From Phoronis australis (Eukaryota > Animalia > Phoronida): DNA of 64,000 nucleotides. Made by a program: the position numbers and the translations under genes. Below are positions 12,306 to 26,400 of the stretch, piece after piece. Position 1 is the first letter of the stretch. Every line of letters starts with the position of its first letter. Below the pieces are notes generated by a model, which saw only the letters and a list, made by a program, of their open reading frames with translations, made no database searches and was not told the DNA's origin. The stretch spans positions 262,171 through 326,170 of the forward strand of contig NMRA01000421.1 of assembly GCA_002633005.1 (NCBI GenBank), read 5' to 3'.

Positions 12306-14422
12306 AAGCTGGACTTAATTTTTGGGATTAGCTTTAGGCACATTTTGATTTCTTAGGTGAATTCTCTGTGCAGTGGTGGATTTCAAATATTCAGTAGTAT
12401 TTTAAACAAGTGGAAGCAAACATGTTTTTAACTGCTGACGCACAAAAGTTGGAAGACTAATTAAACATCTTTGATTGACAGTTTGTTAACCAGTAATTTA
12501 GAAATAATGGTAGTGAGGAGCATGTGTACTTTTTGGCTGGTGCTTAATTTGTAAATGAGCCAACAATTTAAACATTGAGTAATAAGCTAACAAGCCTTTC
12601 AAGCATGTCGTTAGAATCTGCCAGGAGTTGCTGACAGTTTGGCAATTTGTTGATGGACTGGTCAAAGAGAAGTTGCAGTGTACAGTTACTGTCAGTACTT
12701 ATTGACTGTACTACAAACTCGTCGTAATGACGAGGTAAAAGCCCACTTCATCTGCAGAGTAAGTTTTCTTCATCAGCTAGAATGAGGGGGAAGTAATATG
12801 AATATTTATACTACAGTGGCCACGTCTGTCTGTAATTAGAATTTGCCACCATGACAGTTATTGTCAGTCGTTTTGTTATTGAACTAGCTGCCATGATGAA
12901 AAAGGCATTTTTCCTCGATTATTTTTGTAACATACTGTTACCTGTACCTGTACGTGTACAAGTACCTCCCATTCCTGGTGTAAGTATGATTCTATATGTC
13001 GTGTGGTGTAAAGGGCACCTGAGACCAGCTTCAGACTTTGTTGTGGTGCTTATAATTGGATTTTACTCAATATGCAACCCCACCTGAATAAGCACGCTCC
13101 TCGGGAGATTTTTAGATGACAGGCTTACATAAACACCTGGTAATATTGAAAACATGTTGTGTTGAAACATATTTTTTGTGTAATGGGATATTTCTTTTAA
13201 TCCTGCATTTAATTGAAGTAATTGAATTGTTGTGGTCTACTGATTGTTGCTAGTCTGTGTTGTTAAATTGTGCTAAATTAATTTATGCTGTATGCAATGA
13301 GTTTCAAACAAATATTATACATGCATGATGTTATGAATTATAGAATATTCTGAATTTCATAACTGTCTTGTTTATTTCCATATTCATTACAGCAATATAC
13401 AGAAAAACCAAACATTTCTGCATAGTGAACAAAACACTCCATTGCCATCAATTCCAAATTCAGAGGTCAATGTTAAGACTGACGAGAATGGTTAGGATAT
13501 ATGAAGGAATGTCTGTGCACGTTTGTTATGAATAAATTGACAACTATAGAGATCAATAAAACTAATTGAGCCCCAAGCAATGTCTTTTTTTTAATATGTA
13601 AATATTTTATTATGTCAAAAAACAACCCAACCATCTCTGATTTTATCAAAATCGTTATCCCCATAAACATTCTGTTATCGTCTGCTGACCGATAAAAATC
13701 TGCCTACAGAGGGGGCTACAAACGCGCTTCCATTACATAAATACCAACTCGATTTAAACCACCTGCGACTGTGAAATTGGTCTTGATCGGAATTGTTCCT
13801 TTGTCAAAATAGGTGTAACTTCTTGGCTTCTAAGGAAATGACAGCTGGATATGACTTGGAGACAAGAGGCTTTACAAGTTGAGCATCCTGGGTTGTCTAT
13901 TGGCTGAATATGGTGTATGGCAGTAACAAACTGTCAATTACTTACAAAATCAGAACATCTCATTTGACTTAGGGACTAGTTCAAGACCGCCGGGCAATTT
14001 TGTTGAATAAGTGCTTGGTTTGAAATCACTAGTTAGTTTCTTTGGTGGGATGTGGGTGATACTTTTGCTTAGAGGAAATGAAAGATTTCTTCTCAATTTC
14101 TGTTTTGTTTCATGATAATCTTCCGCTGTGGCAGAACGTTTGATTTAGCTCACAGAAAATGAAATGAAATGGAGCAAGAAAGCAACTTTTGTCATGAATA
14201 CGAGTTCAGCTTTAAACTTGAATTATGAGCAACAGTGAAAAGTATGAATGTGTGGTTAATCTCCGGCAGAGTGCCTATTGCTCAATTGCATTTTATTCAG
14301 TTCATCTACAGGCGTTAGTCGTGGGATGTTTATGGTAAATACAAATTTTATCAATAGATGTCTCTAGATGTTCGCAATTTTCATAGTTGAGTTATTGCTG
14401 AGTCACATTCCTAATATGAAAA

Positions 14423-17400
14423 ATGGCGGCGACGGGATCTGTGTTTTTGTTTATGTTAGGAGGGCAAATCGAAACCGCTGACGTAAGGATCCACACCTTA
14501 ATTCTGTTAACTGTTAAGCTGTTATTTTGGTATTGGTTGTGTTTGTAAGGTAAACTTATTGCTTTGAAAATCTTTAAGCCCTCGTTCCGTCTCAAAAAAA
14601 TTAGCTTGCTAGTTTTGGACTTGCCTTGGACTTCTTGGAGTTGGAGAGTGGAGTCAGTGGAGTCACAGTCAGTGGAGTCACTTGACACTTGTGACTTGGA
14701 CTGGTAGGTTTGATTTTGACTTGACACTGACACTGTCAGCAGGTCAGTGTCAGTGTGTGAGACTCTCTTACTCCAGTCTCCAATTTAAAGCCAAAGCAAT
14801 CTACTATAGTCCGATTACCTCTCGTCGTCAGTCTTCTAAGGTCGTCCGCCATCTTGTTTCGCGTGCAGCGCTGCCACGCGGGACTTAGCGTTCCANGGGT
14901 GAGTAAGACAATAAGCCGGTTTTATGCTTAGGCGGACGACTATAGGGTTTCGGAGTGTATATTGATTCTACCCGATTGAAACCTTTGCTGCCCATTTTGT
15001 AAGCCCAGGTACATTCTGTAGATTTTCAATTTCAGCAAAAACGGACGCGAGGAACGCGCATTATAGTTTACACCTGCTGGGATTGTGAATATATACATGT
15101 AAATATATATGTCAGGGCTCGACGCTATTAAAATTGCCAGATCGCATTTTGCGACCTAGCCAAAATCCCAGGTTGCATTTTCAAAATCCAGCTCGCATAA
15201 ATGCCAGGTCGCAAAATTTTCCTGCCATTTTAACGCGCCAAAATTGATTTTTAGATCATCGAGAAAATGTTTAGATAATATGCTCTTACCTGAAGTGTTA
15301 AATACTCACAAATTTCAAATCGCAAAATTGAATTGGTTCATGCAGGTACGGTATTACTGTTCTTCTCCACCGCCATTGAAAGGCTCAGAGCGCAAGGCAA
15401 ATTGCCGATGTAAAAGTTGAATCAGTGCTCTCTAACTGACACCTGCATTCGACTAGCTAAGTTGGCCATGTGAAAAGGGAGAAAATGCCCGTTGAAAAAG
15501 TATCCGCGATTTTGCTACGCCTGACCTGCTACTGGCTGTCACTAAAGTCGTTAAAGATGTAAACTAACTCGGCAAATTGCCTCTACTTTTTGTTCGCAGC
15601 CCAAATTTTGCAACTTAACTCGTCGTTTGAAAAACATCTGTCGAAAAAAAACGTGAAACGATGCCCTAAACGAATGATGTATTTGGATGCGCGGGTACAA
15701 TTCAGTGCAAATTTCGCAACAAAAACGTGGTACGTATGCTGTTCACGTACTCAACTATAAGTTTTCCATGAAATGAATAGTATCGAAATAATTCCCGACT
15801 CCGTGCGGGTTGCCATCAGGTAATTCAAGTTTGCTCCTCAATACCTGCCAAGTACGGGAAAAATAGGTCAGTCACAAAACGACACGCAAGTCACTAGTTT
15901 TAACTTTCTTTCGGAGGTATAAAACAAAGCCGGGATTTGGTTTCTACGTATTGAGAAAAGACGTTTTTTTTAAAACTAAATTTGTTGTGTAAAATGAGAG
16001 TGACACACCATTTTGGCTGCGTGTCAATTTTAAACCACGAGCGGTCGTTTGTAGTGCGCTATGATGGGCGCTAGCCTGAACAATGGGCGCTTAATTGGAA
16101 ATTCTCAAAAGTTAAGGGGGAACGCTCAGTAGATTACTGAGTGTTTATGAAGCGCTTCAAAGGTAGGGAGTGGGCTTGTGCGTGAGCGTAGTCGAGTGTT
16201 TGCGATAATAAGATATTAAAAGACTGCAATGGATAAGAAACGTTATAATAATACGATTTTGCGAGGCAGACTTTATCTAGTAGGGATGACTTACTGGATA
16301 TCGTTACCACCTACACTGTACCCTACACTGCCTGCTTCTGCCCGAGCAAGATTGTTTCTATTGGAGTCTGAACATTTTACGGCAACGATGGTCCAGCAGG
16401 GAGCGAAAAGTTGCCAAGGGGGAGGGGATGTATGATGAGAGGAATAAAAAGTTCGCTAGCCACAATTTCGCATCTAGTACCCGTTTAGTTGCAATAGCTG
16501 GCTACGGGCATAGAATATTGGGCTTAGGGAACATCGACCTCGGGAAACATCGGAACAGGAAAATTTCAGTTCTGAGTTCTATCGGTCCCGGGGAATGTCG
16601 TAAAGCACCTGGTCTTCTATAACCGCCAGGAATGTATGAATTCATCTTCTAATAAACCACTGGCATCCAGGTGCTTAACAGAGCCAAACCGTTATACTCT
16701 TTCATTTGGGCCTGTCACTATTCTCTTTTCGTGTGCAGTTTTGAAGTGGTGCGTTCGCGTGAGTTCACTGGAGTAGGCTTCACGTTGGCAACAACGAATG
16801 AAAGACCAATCATATTTCGCACACGAAGCCCCAGAAACAAGTAAAGGGGTTCGAAAATTTCTTAGCAACTAAAAGTCGTCTGGCGATTAATAGGTTGTCA
16901 TTTTCACTTTGGTTGACTTATGCGATAAAAACGAGACGTATATCTCCAAGTCACCATTGTCTGCCGGGNGGAAAATTTCAGTTCTGAGTTCTATCGGTCT
17001 TCTATAACCGCCAGGAATGTATGAATTCATCTTCTAATAAACCACTGGCATCCAGGTGCTTAACAGAGCCAAACCGTTATACTCTTTCATTTGGGCCTGT
17101 CACTATTCTCTTTTCGTGTGCAGTTTTGAAGTTGTGCGTTCGCGTGAGTTCACTGGAGTAGGCTTCACGTTGGCAACAACAAATGAAAGACCAATCATAT
17201 TTCGCACACGAAGCCCCAGAAACAAGTAAAGGGGTTCGAAAATTTCTTAGCAACTAAAAGTCGTCTGGCGATTAATAGGTTGTCATTTTCACTTTGGTTG
17301 ACTTATGCGATAAAAACGAGACGTATATCTCCAAGTCACCATTGTCTGCCGGGACCGCTTGGGCGCTAACAACGGGACCGACCAGTGCCGCAGTGCGATA

Positions 17401-20400
17401 TCAGGGATATTGTCGTGGATTTTTGGTATATGGAATACGGACATCTTACGCAAAAAATAAAGATATTTGTCCACCACAAAGTATGGTAAGTTGACTGCTT
17501 AAGAATTAGTAGAAACATCGTTTTGTGACGTTTTATCACGTGCTATGCAGTGGCCCGAAACTTTCTTCGGCGAATCCGGAAATTTGCAAAAGTGGCGGAA
17601 AATGTTAGCCAATGAAACGCGTCTAAGATTGATTCTTCATATCCCATGTTCACGCGACCTGCTTACAGTCACCGGGAGGGTTTTTCTCTATTAGTGTTCG
17701 TTTGAACTTGGATTTGGCAGCAACCAAATTACGTTCGGATTAACAAGAGTTGCTTTATCGGTATCTGCCGAGAAGTGTAAAAACTCAGCTCGCATACGTT
17801 GGAAATTCCAGGTCGCATTTTGCGACTTGATACGAGTTGACAAAAATCTCAGCTCGCATTTCCAAATTTCAGGTCGCAAATGCGACCTGCAGCTCGTTAT
17901 GTCGAGCCCTGTATGTCACATGCCTATGAAGCGTAAAAGGCAGTTGGTTCATAGAGACGTCTATATTTACGATGGATACCTCTCAACTGAACTTGTCCAC
18001 AAAAGCATTTCTATGAATATTATTGTGATTTGCTGTCGCAATAATTATTTTCAACGAGATGATGATATTAGTAATGATTGATTATCTGTTTCACATCTTG
18101 AGCCATCGTTTCTAGTTTTAATTGCCTGTGTCCTTTTAAACTAGTCTTTAAAGCATGATTTTGCAAAAGTGCTGTTTATAGAAACCAAGAGCGTGCACTT
18201 GAAACATGTAGTTAAAGTAAATGACAAGATTATCCAACTCGAGAATTGAAGCAGCGACAACACTAAAACTGGCAAGCATACTCGCCATTCAGCTAATAAG
18301 TAATTGCCCATTAGCGAGTGGCTAATAGAGGCTTATATAATCCACCGGAAGCACGTTTCACAGCATTACGCTGTTTGTGTCCGAAACTCTTATGGAATTC
18401 ACTGTAACATTTTAGAGCATTAAATACTAGTTTATTTTTACAGAAATCCTAAGGGTGTCAGTCATGGACCCACTGACAGTTCTGGGGTCGCTTTTGCTAC
18501 TAACTTACTGTTATGAAATTGGTTTCAAAATTTTTTTCGTAGACCGCTTTAAGCTTGTTTGCTTCAATGGCAATGACCAAGTCAGTGGGTTGTATTGTAC
18601 TAGACAGTCGTGCGTGATTTAGCTTTTCTTGGATAAAGATTTTCTTGCAAAGTAATTAGTGTCTAGTCATCAACTCTCAAGACTTGCTTGCAAATGGAAA
18701 AATGCTGTGAGCGCAAGTGTAACGGGGGCTTGATGTATAATTGGCTGTAGTTTGCCAAAATAAATTATTCGCAGAGTTCAACCTAAATCAATGTGATTCA
18801 GATTCTCTCCAGCTGTCTCTAGTTTAAAGATTCTCACTTAACTAACGTGACAACAGAAGCTCAGATCTGCAACCTTTCTGGTGCACGGCAGAAACTAGAA
18901 TATAGCACTGACCAATGGCCTTATGGTGAAGCTCCAGCACACTCAACCTGAACAACCCTGGTTCGATTCTTCTAAAACACCTACTTTTTACATACACTAA
19001 CTTTTATTTAACAACATATATAAAATATACCACTATCACACAAGCAACTCAGCAGTGGTTGGTAACCTAGATTCGTTTTAGTAGACCCAGGGCTCAAATT
19101 AATGAGCTGCATGTCACATTTGCGACCTGAAATTTGTAAATGTGAGCTGAGATTAGTCGACTCTATTCTTTATTTTTCATTGATATACAGAACATAGAAA
19201 CAAAGAAGTAAAAGAAAAAATACAAGCCATTCTCACACATCATACGCACGCACACACTCCCCCTCAACCTAACCACCCACTTGAGCTAGGATGTTGTCAG
19301 GAAAAAGTTATGGTTTACCGGTTTCTCAGGAATTCTAATTGATGCGAGCCAAGCCGAATTTCAAAGACTTTAATTCAGATCAAATGTGAATCAAAACAGC
19401 CGACGTGCTGGTTCGACAGTCATGATTATTTCCTTTCCCGACAAAAAAAACCGGCAAAGATTACTGGTTCAGATGCAGAATTTTTCATTAGAGTAAGAAG
19501 AAAAAAGCAAGATTGATAACTTTTTGGGTAGCCGGTGTTTGGTAGGGTAGAAGTAACACAATTATGGCTCCTCGTGAAGAAAGTTTTCAAGTCTGCCAGT
19601 CTCCTTTAGGAAGACGGACAGACGTTTCCATTTGTTGCCATGCACTATATGTTGTAGGCATGTAACAATGCCATCCAGTAGGTTGCTCCTTAGCCTATAA
19701 AAAGCTGGGCAAGACTCTACCAGGTGTTTAGGATATTCTACGTCAGTACCACACTCGGGACACACAGGGCTCCCCAGTCCCCATATGCCCAGTAATGTGT
19801 CTGTGTCGGGCTAGGTTGCAGTGGCCCGTCAAAATTTGAATGTCGTGTCTTATACCCAATCTATCTAGACTCAGAAGGCTTTTTGAACCTTTTGGTTCAA
19901 TCACGTTGGGAAAATTCTCCTTGGTTTCTCTGCAGGAGTTAAGTGATGCCCACTGGGCTGCTGACTGGGTATGTACCCAGTTTCGTATACTCATCCTGCA
20001 ACATCCGTAAGATACCGGGATAGCAGGTTCAGGCACAAAATGCAGAACGCTTGCTCCTATCTTTGCGAGTCTGTCTGCATTCTCATTGCCATCAATTCCC
20101 ACATGGGCCCTGACCCAGCGTATATTGACGGTTCTTTCAATTGCAAACAAAATTAGCAGAACCTTCTAAATATCGTGAACCAAAGCAATGCCAAGAGACG
20201 ATTTCTCCTATTGATAACTTGGCTTAATTTCTTCTATTTTCCTCGCTTCATTACTTGAGAATTGTCTCGTTGCTGATCCACTTTTGAGTGGATTTTCATG
20301 GCATGTTGTTCAACAGTGCTTGGTGAGTGACTCTTGATCAAGCTCGTCTGACAGCCTCACAAACCTGTGACTGAATCTGAGTTCTAGTAAGGCATAAGTT

Positions 20401-23400
20401 GACACCAGTTATATAATCGGTCTGAATTAAAATATATTTTTATGTAAGGTGATTTCATGGCAACTGTAAGTTACTCTCCTCAAAAATCAGTCCGCTTACA
20501 TAATGGTGCCATACATCACAAATAATGGGCCATATGATACTGGCAACTTTATCTTGTAGACTTGTACCCTTTACTTCTTACATGTTCTCTGTATTTGGAA
20601 TTGTTAAGTCCTTTTTTTCTGATAATTCATCTGATCAGGGAAGTTAAACTTTGGCTCTCATTTTCAGTGGAAAATAGAAGTTCACCTTTGTTTGCAGTTG
20701 TTTGTCATTGAAAATACGTCCAAGGTCAAATGTATTGTGTCCTTGCCAGGTTCTGATGTCTCTGGGATAAGATTACTTTATGTAGGCAAGTAATACATCA
20801 AAATGTCGCATGTAGTTGAAAGTGTTGTGAGATGTGTTGTTGAAGGTCTTGTGTGATGTGAAGTTTCTATTCCAGTTTCCTGAGTTCGATGACATTTATT
20901 GCCGTTACTGCTTCGTCTACGGACAGGATTGGGTCATTACCTCTGTAAGTACCTTGTTATTTCTTGGGTCCTATGCTATAGTTTTTGTTATGGTCCAAAT
21001 GGGTTAATCTCTTGGCCGAGTCAAAACAATAACATCCTTGAAGATAATTTAAAAAGTATTGGTCCAAAGTTATATAGGTCTAGGACATTTAGTTCACATA
21101 AAAACTTTAATTCCCTTGTTTTTTCCCCAACTGGTTTCGGAGACTTTGATTATGGAGACTTTGATTACGTAGATATTTTGGCTTAAGTATTAGTTACTTG
21201 ATACTCATAGCTCGTCTTAAAGTGGCAATTCTTGTTTTAAACAAGTGTGTAGAAAACCAAATATAAAAACAAACTATTACTGATAAAAACTCTCCAACTT
21301 GGGGACAGTGGAAAATTAATTGCTTTGCTCAAGGTCGGAGCTTGTCCCAAATTCTAGTAAAAGACGAAATTGGCGTCCCAAATTCGAGAATCACCAAAAA
21401 GTTGGCGAGATTAGCCACTCTGTAGATTGAAACACATTGTCAGAAATTTGAGAAATACGGTGAATGCCAAAATCTTGTAACAAATTACAGAATGACAGTA
21501 TTTCATTTTTTGCGAGTTTCCATGTCCGAATTTCTAGAGACTGTTCCAAATCGGGGAATTTTTATGGCACTGCACTGTAAACAAATCTAATAAAAACAAT
21601 TACTTCTGTTTGTTTCATGGCGGAGTTTGCACCACTCTCAAGCAAATGCTCAAAATTTTGAAAAATGTTCTTTGGCAATAGCTATGTTAAAAACAAATAT
21701 AAATATTCTTGAGAAGTTATTTTTGTTGAGAAATTTGACAAAATGAAATATCATTTGTCCGCCATGTTGTGTCCCTAACTGGAGAATTTTTACCATAACA
21801 TGAAGGTGTGTTGTTATTGCTAGGGCCTGGAAGAGGGTTATACACAGGTGACTAAGAAAAGCAAAGATGAGAGACAAGTGTTTGTGTTCAACTTCCCCTT
21901 GGATGTAACATTCAAAAGTACAAACCCTTATGGCTGTAAGTGGTCTTTTGTTTCCTTTCTTGTTGACTAGAGTTGATTTATTACTTTCTGAAAAAGATGT
22001 CATTTGGTCACACAGTCACTCTTATTGTGACTGCTCTGTGACTGCTTGCTTTGATCAGTTAGTGCATTCCCAGAATAATCGGACAAAACACCGTTTCCAA
22101 GTCATGCTGACTCATGCTTTTTTACAACAGCTAAAGTGACTGTTAACTGTCCGTGTAACATCCTTTTTAATGACTCGATAGAGGTTCCACCATCAGTCGC
22201 TAACTTTCTTCTGGGAAATCTCATTTAATTTCCCATCATTATGGAAGGTTACACTGAACATAGTATAGATATTTAGTCTTTGTATATGTGCTGTGAAATG
22301 AATGATTACGTTTCTTTAAATGATTTAACCCATTCCAATCAAAGTTATATTGAGCACTGTTTCTGCTGGTCAAAAGTGGTCTACTTCAAAGTAAAATAAT
22401 AACACCCACAAGCTCCAATTCTACCTCAGTGTAAACATAGAAAAAAGTAATATTTATTTTTCACTTGTTTCATGACTCATTTTTTGTGACCACCACACAG
22501 TGAAATCCAAACATTCGACACTTGCCATTTTTTGAAATGGTATGTCTCAAGGTAATAGTCGTATTAAGTTATCAGTACTCACTGTTCCTTTAGCAATGAT
22601 TCTGGTGTTTCAGGGCCACAGATTGTCCTGAGTGTGTATGGTCTAGATCTGTTTGGTAATGATGTTGTCAGGGGTTATGGTAGCTGCCATCTTCCTATCA
22701 CACCTGGGAGGTAGGTGACTGCAGTCTGATGTATTTCATCCATATTGATACCCTTTTCTGAACTCTTGTCAAATATCTTGTTTATGATAAAAATTTTCAT
22801 CTTCACTTCTTTGTTTATGTGCCTGAACATGCGCCATAATTCAGATTTTTTAAAGCTTTTTTGTAAAAAATTGAACTGACGTGAGATTAAAGCACAATGA
22901 CGTGAGATTTTGATTTCATGTCTAAAAATGTGAGTTAAGGTAAATCGTGAAAGTTAACAGATCTTTGTATACGGGTCGCAGGTGACTTCATAAAACAGGG
23001 TCAAGACTTGATAGGGATTATGTCTTTTGCAACCTGGGTCAATTGCTTGGTGGAAATTTTATATTCCAGTAAACTAATACACGAAAATAGCAGTACGTGA
23101 ATGTCTTAAAAAGATAAATTCCTGTTTTATGCAACTGGCCCTAGGTTCGGGGATGTGTTTCTGCATACAATCGTGTTACTATGGTGGTAAACAAATAGAG
23201 GCCAAAAAATTTCATAATCCGTTCAACCTCCAGCCGTTGACAAGAAAGCTTCGAATATATTCTGGTATGTAATTAGACGTGAGCATTATTGATTAGGCCT
23301 TAAACGGAAGTCAAGAAGAAGGCGGAAGTCGTGAAGATACTAAACCATCTCAAATCTAATTGACTGCTCCTTTGGGCAAATGCAAGGACACGTAAAAACA

Positions 23401-26400
23401 TTGAAATTCATCTTCGTGAGATGTTTACACGCACATGCACGGCACACACTCATAAACAAACATAAAAACTCCTGCCCTTGCAGTGACGGAGGTAATAAGT
23501 ATTTGTTACGAAGGTCAAGATGATTTTTTTATTGGAACTAGTTCAACAGTTACAGTTAAAGTATTTTTCATTGTCATAAGCAAATACATCAAACAGCCAA
23601 TACCTTAACAAAACTTCGCACCACTAGGTACTTTGTATATTTTTTTGCTATATTTTCACATCCCACCAAAAAGTCTCCCAAAACTCTTTGTATTTGTGCT
23701 TTCTCAGCTTTAAATTATTTTCTTTGCTACATTACATATTTGCTCAACTTGGGTGCTTTTTGAGTGTGCTTATTCCTAGGCAATCCCTCTAAGGCTTAGT
23801 TAAAAAAACGTCCCAGCATAGAGTATACACCTTTTGACATAGGATTTAGCAATAGCATGAATACTACAAAAACAACTGGATTTGAAAATCTAAAAAAATG
23901 ACGCGTTTGGTTATTTCCATCAGGAATTGGTGCAATTTACTGTGGTGTAATACTCCACTTGAGCATTCGCATTTGCAGACATGACGACTCAGCCGTAGTT
24001 GTTCACAAGTGGTGCACAGAATGCCCATAGGGCAATAGTGCCCACTGCTGGAAAAGTCCTGACGCATCTTGGAGTATTTGGTCTATGGTTATAGCCTTCT
24101 GGTCATGACATGGTGTCTTATGTTATGATGTCTGGCTAGAGTCCGTACAGTTGAGGGGGGCTAACCGACTCTGTAATGGTCTGATCATTAGCATCATTGT
24201 CAATTAAAGATTATCTGCTACTGTTGTATTAATTGAAAGTAGTGTTATTGTTGCTTGTTATTGGTAGGTGCTTGGCTCTCTCTCATTGTCAATTTCTTTG
24301 TCCAGACACAAGCGAACTATCCCCATGTTTGTGCCAGAGGCTACGTCCAAGCTGCAGAAGTTAGCCAGCTGGTTCTTGGGTCGACGGCCAGAGTACATCG
24401 ACCCCAGGGTGATTGCCCAGGGGGAGGGTCGAGAAGGTTGGTTCAGTCATTGCTACTGTGAACTCTTCATGTTTATTAAACAGTTGCCAATTAACTTACA
24501 AGTCATTGGGCAGTAAGCCTTCTTACAAGTTGCTATTCATTCAATCCATGAAGGCTTGGTTTGGCCATTATAAACTGTGAACAGGGGGTAACTAGTCCAC
24601 ATAGTGCCTTAGAATTTTGCACAGGGTTGTAAATCGTGGTTGTCCTTCACACACAATAGGCCTTTTGAAATTGCCAAGCAAGGTCAGTGAAAGTAGTTCT
24701 TTGTCAACCCTGTTCTTAGTCATAAATTTTTCCAGTTTGACTGTGTAACTAAACACAGCTTGGGCCTGGCTGAGAAGATAATTGTTTTATTACCCCTTAA
24801 AAGGGAACTGTATTTTATTCTGAATAAATTCTGGATAGTTTTCTATGAATTGTTGATTAATTTCCCAAATAATTCAACACCAAAAATTAAATTTATATTC
24901 TCTAACGAAGCTCAAAAAATTACCGGCTTGGAGCGCTGCTTAGTCTCGTGACGTATTTGGCGGGGGCAAAGTCACTGTCCTGTGTTAGCGTGCAATCAAG
25001 TAGCGTTTTTTATATTGTCGGAATAAGAAATTTTAGTGTGGAATTTCGGGTCACAAGGGATACCTGTTTGAGCCGAGGCAACACAAAGTGATACCTAGTC
25101 ATCGTCAGACGAAAATTTGCCGGTGCAACTGGTGTCAGTGACTGTGCCGAGGGCAATGTGGACTCTAGCCATCCAGTCAGCCAGTTGTCAGCCAATACTC
25201 CGGCAGCTCTGTAAACTTGAAGGGTTGGTAAGTTACCGACTGTACCTGTATGAAGACTATCGTACCACTGTGTGTTGAGCTCCGTTAACCCCGAAATTTC
25301 AGACAGCCGTTGACTACCCGGGTATAGTTGACTCAGTTATGCTCGTCACCTCGTCGTAAAACTTAGGCTACATCAACATATAAAGCTAACGGACCGGCGG
25401 GGGCGCATGCAAAATCTGATATAGTCACCCGACACTTCCATTGTTCGTTGCAGCCGTTTAAGTGGAAAACAATCAAATAAACGTCCTTTGGTAGCATAAT
25501 TTGCCGCCTTTTTAACAAAGAAGTGTGTTGTCCGTTTCAAGAACAGCACGCTCGTGACACGGCGCACGCGCCATTTCATAAAAATTTGAGACGTCTTTCG
25601 GGACATCATAACAGCTTCGCAGCACCAAGGTTGTTCTAAAATTCGGTTTGCTGGTGTAAAAATACTAAAAACTTGAAACAAAATGAAACAAGCTCCGATA
25701 ATTTGTTATAACATGTACGCAATCTAGGTACCGTCAGCGACGAACACATGATAAAAGAATCAGGGGGAAAAGAAACTGGTAAAGGTCAGGTGACGTAATC
25801 GCAAAAAGCCGACTCAAGAAAACACATCACAATTTTACTAGCACAAGCCGATGAACGATCGCTAACATTTCCAACACCGGTAAATACAGAAGTTAGTTTA
25901 CTCTAGGAACCTGTTTCCTAGGTTTACTCAAGGATGACTTAGTTTTAACGACATTTATTTGAGTCAGATTTTATTTGTACATTTTTTACCCATAAACCTG
26001 TAGGTCTATATCTACACTGAGCTTTGGGCCAAGGCTTGGGTAACCCGGCGATGGTATGCGATGACCATCCCTTTAGAAGACGCCTTTTTCGAAGAGTTTG
26101 AGCAACCAGGTGCCATACAAAAAGGCATAACGAACCTTTTACAGCATTGTGGCAAACAATAAAAAATAAGGACGATTGATACAATGATGAATTACGATGT
26201 AAACTCTTCAAATATGACATAAGCAATGAATGTGTAAAGCAGCCGATACCCCGCCGTTCACGTCACTGACACATCAGCCAATCAGCGATCGCTTTCAGAA
26301 TTCAGAGTTTTGACCATGAATTCGAATTGGCTTTTGTTTGGCACGCAAGTCAGGCAAATGTGAGTTTTATTTGTATGTTAGAACCGATTAACTGCAACAT

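Noticed and set aside
12720-12790. SECIS-like ATGA...AAAA in the GALK1 3' region
   Set aside because: Spacing between ATGA and the A-run is too short, there is no convincing stem, and the GALK1 TGA is at the normal C-terminus.
14385-14410. RFX X-box upstream of ciliary B9D1 (ATTGCTGAGTCAC)
   Set aside because: Too degenerate relative to GTNRCC-N0-3-RGYAAC to call without conservation data.
14392-14888. Ser-rich ORFs overlapping B9D1 exon 1/intron 1
   Set aside because: Arise from low-complexity GAGTCA/GACACT repeats; no domain similarity.
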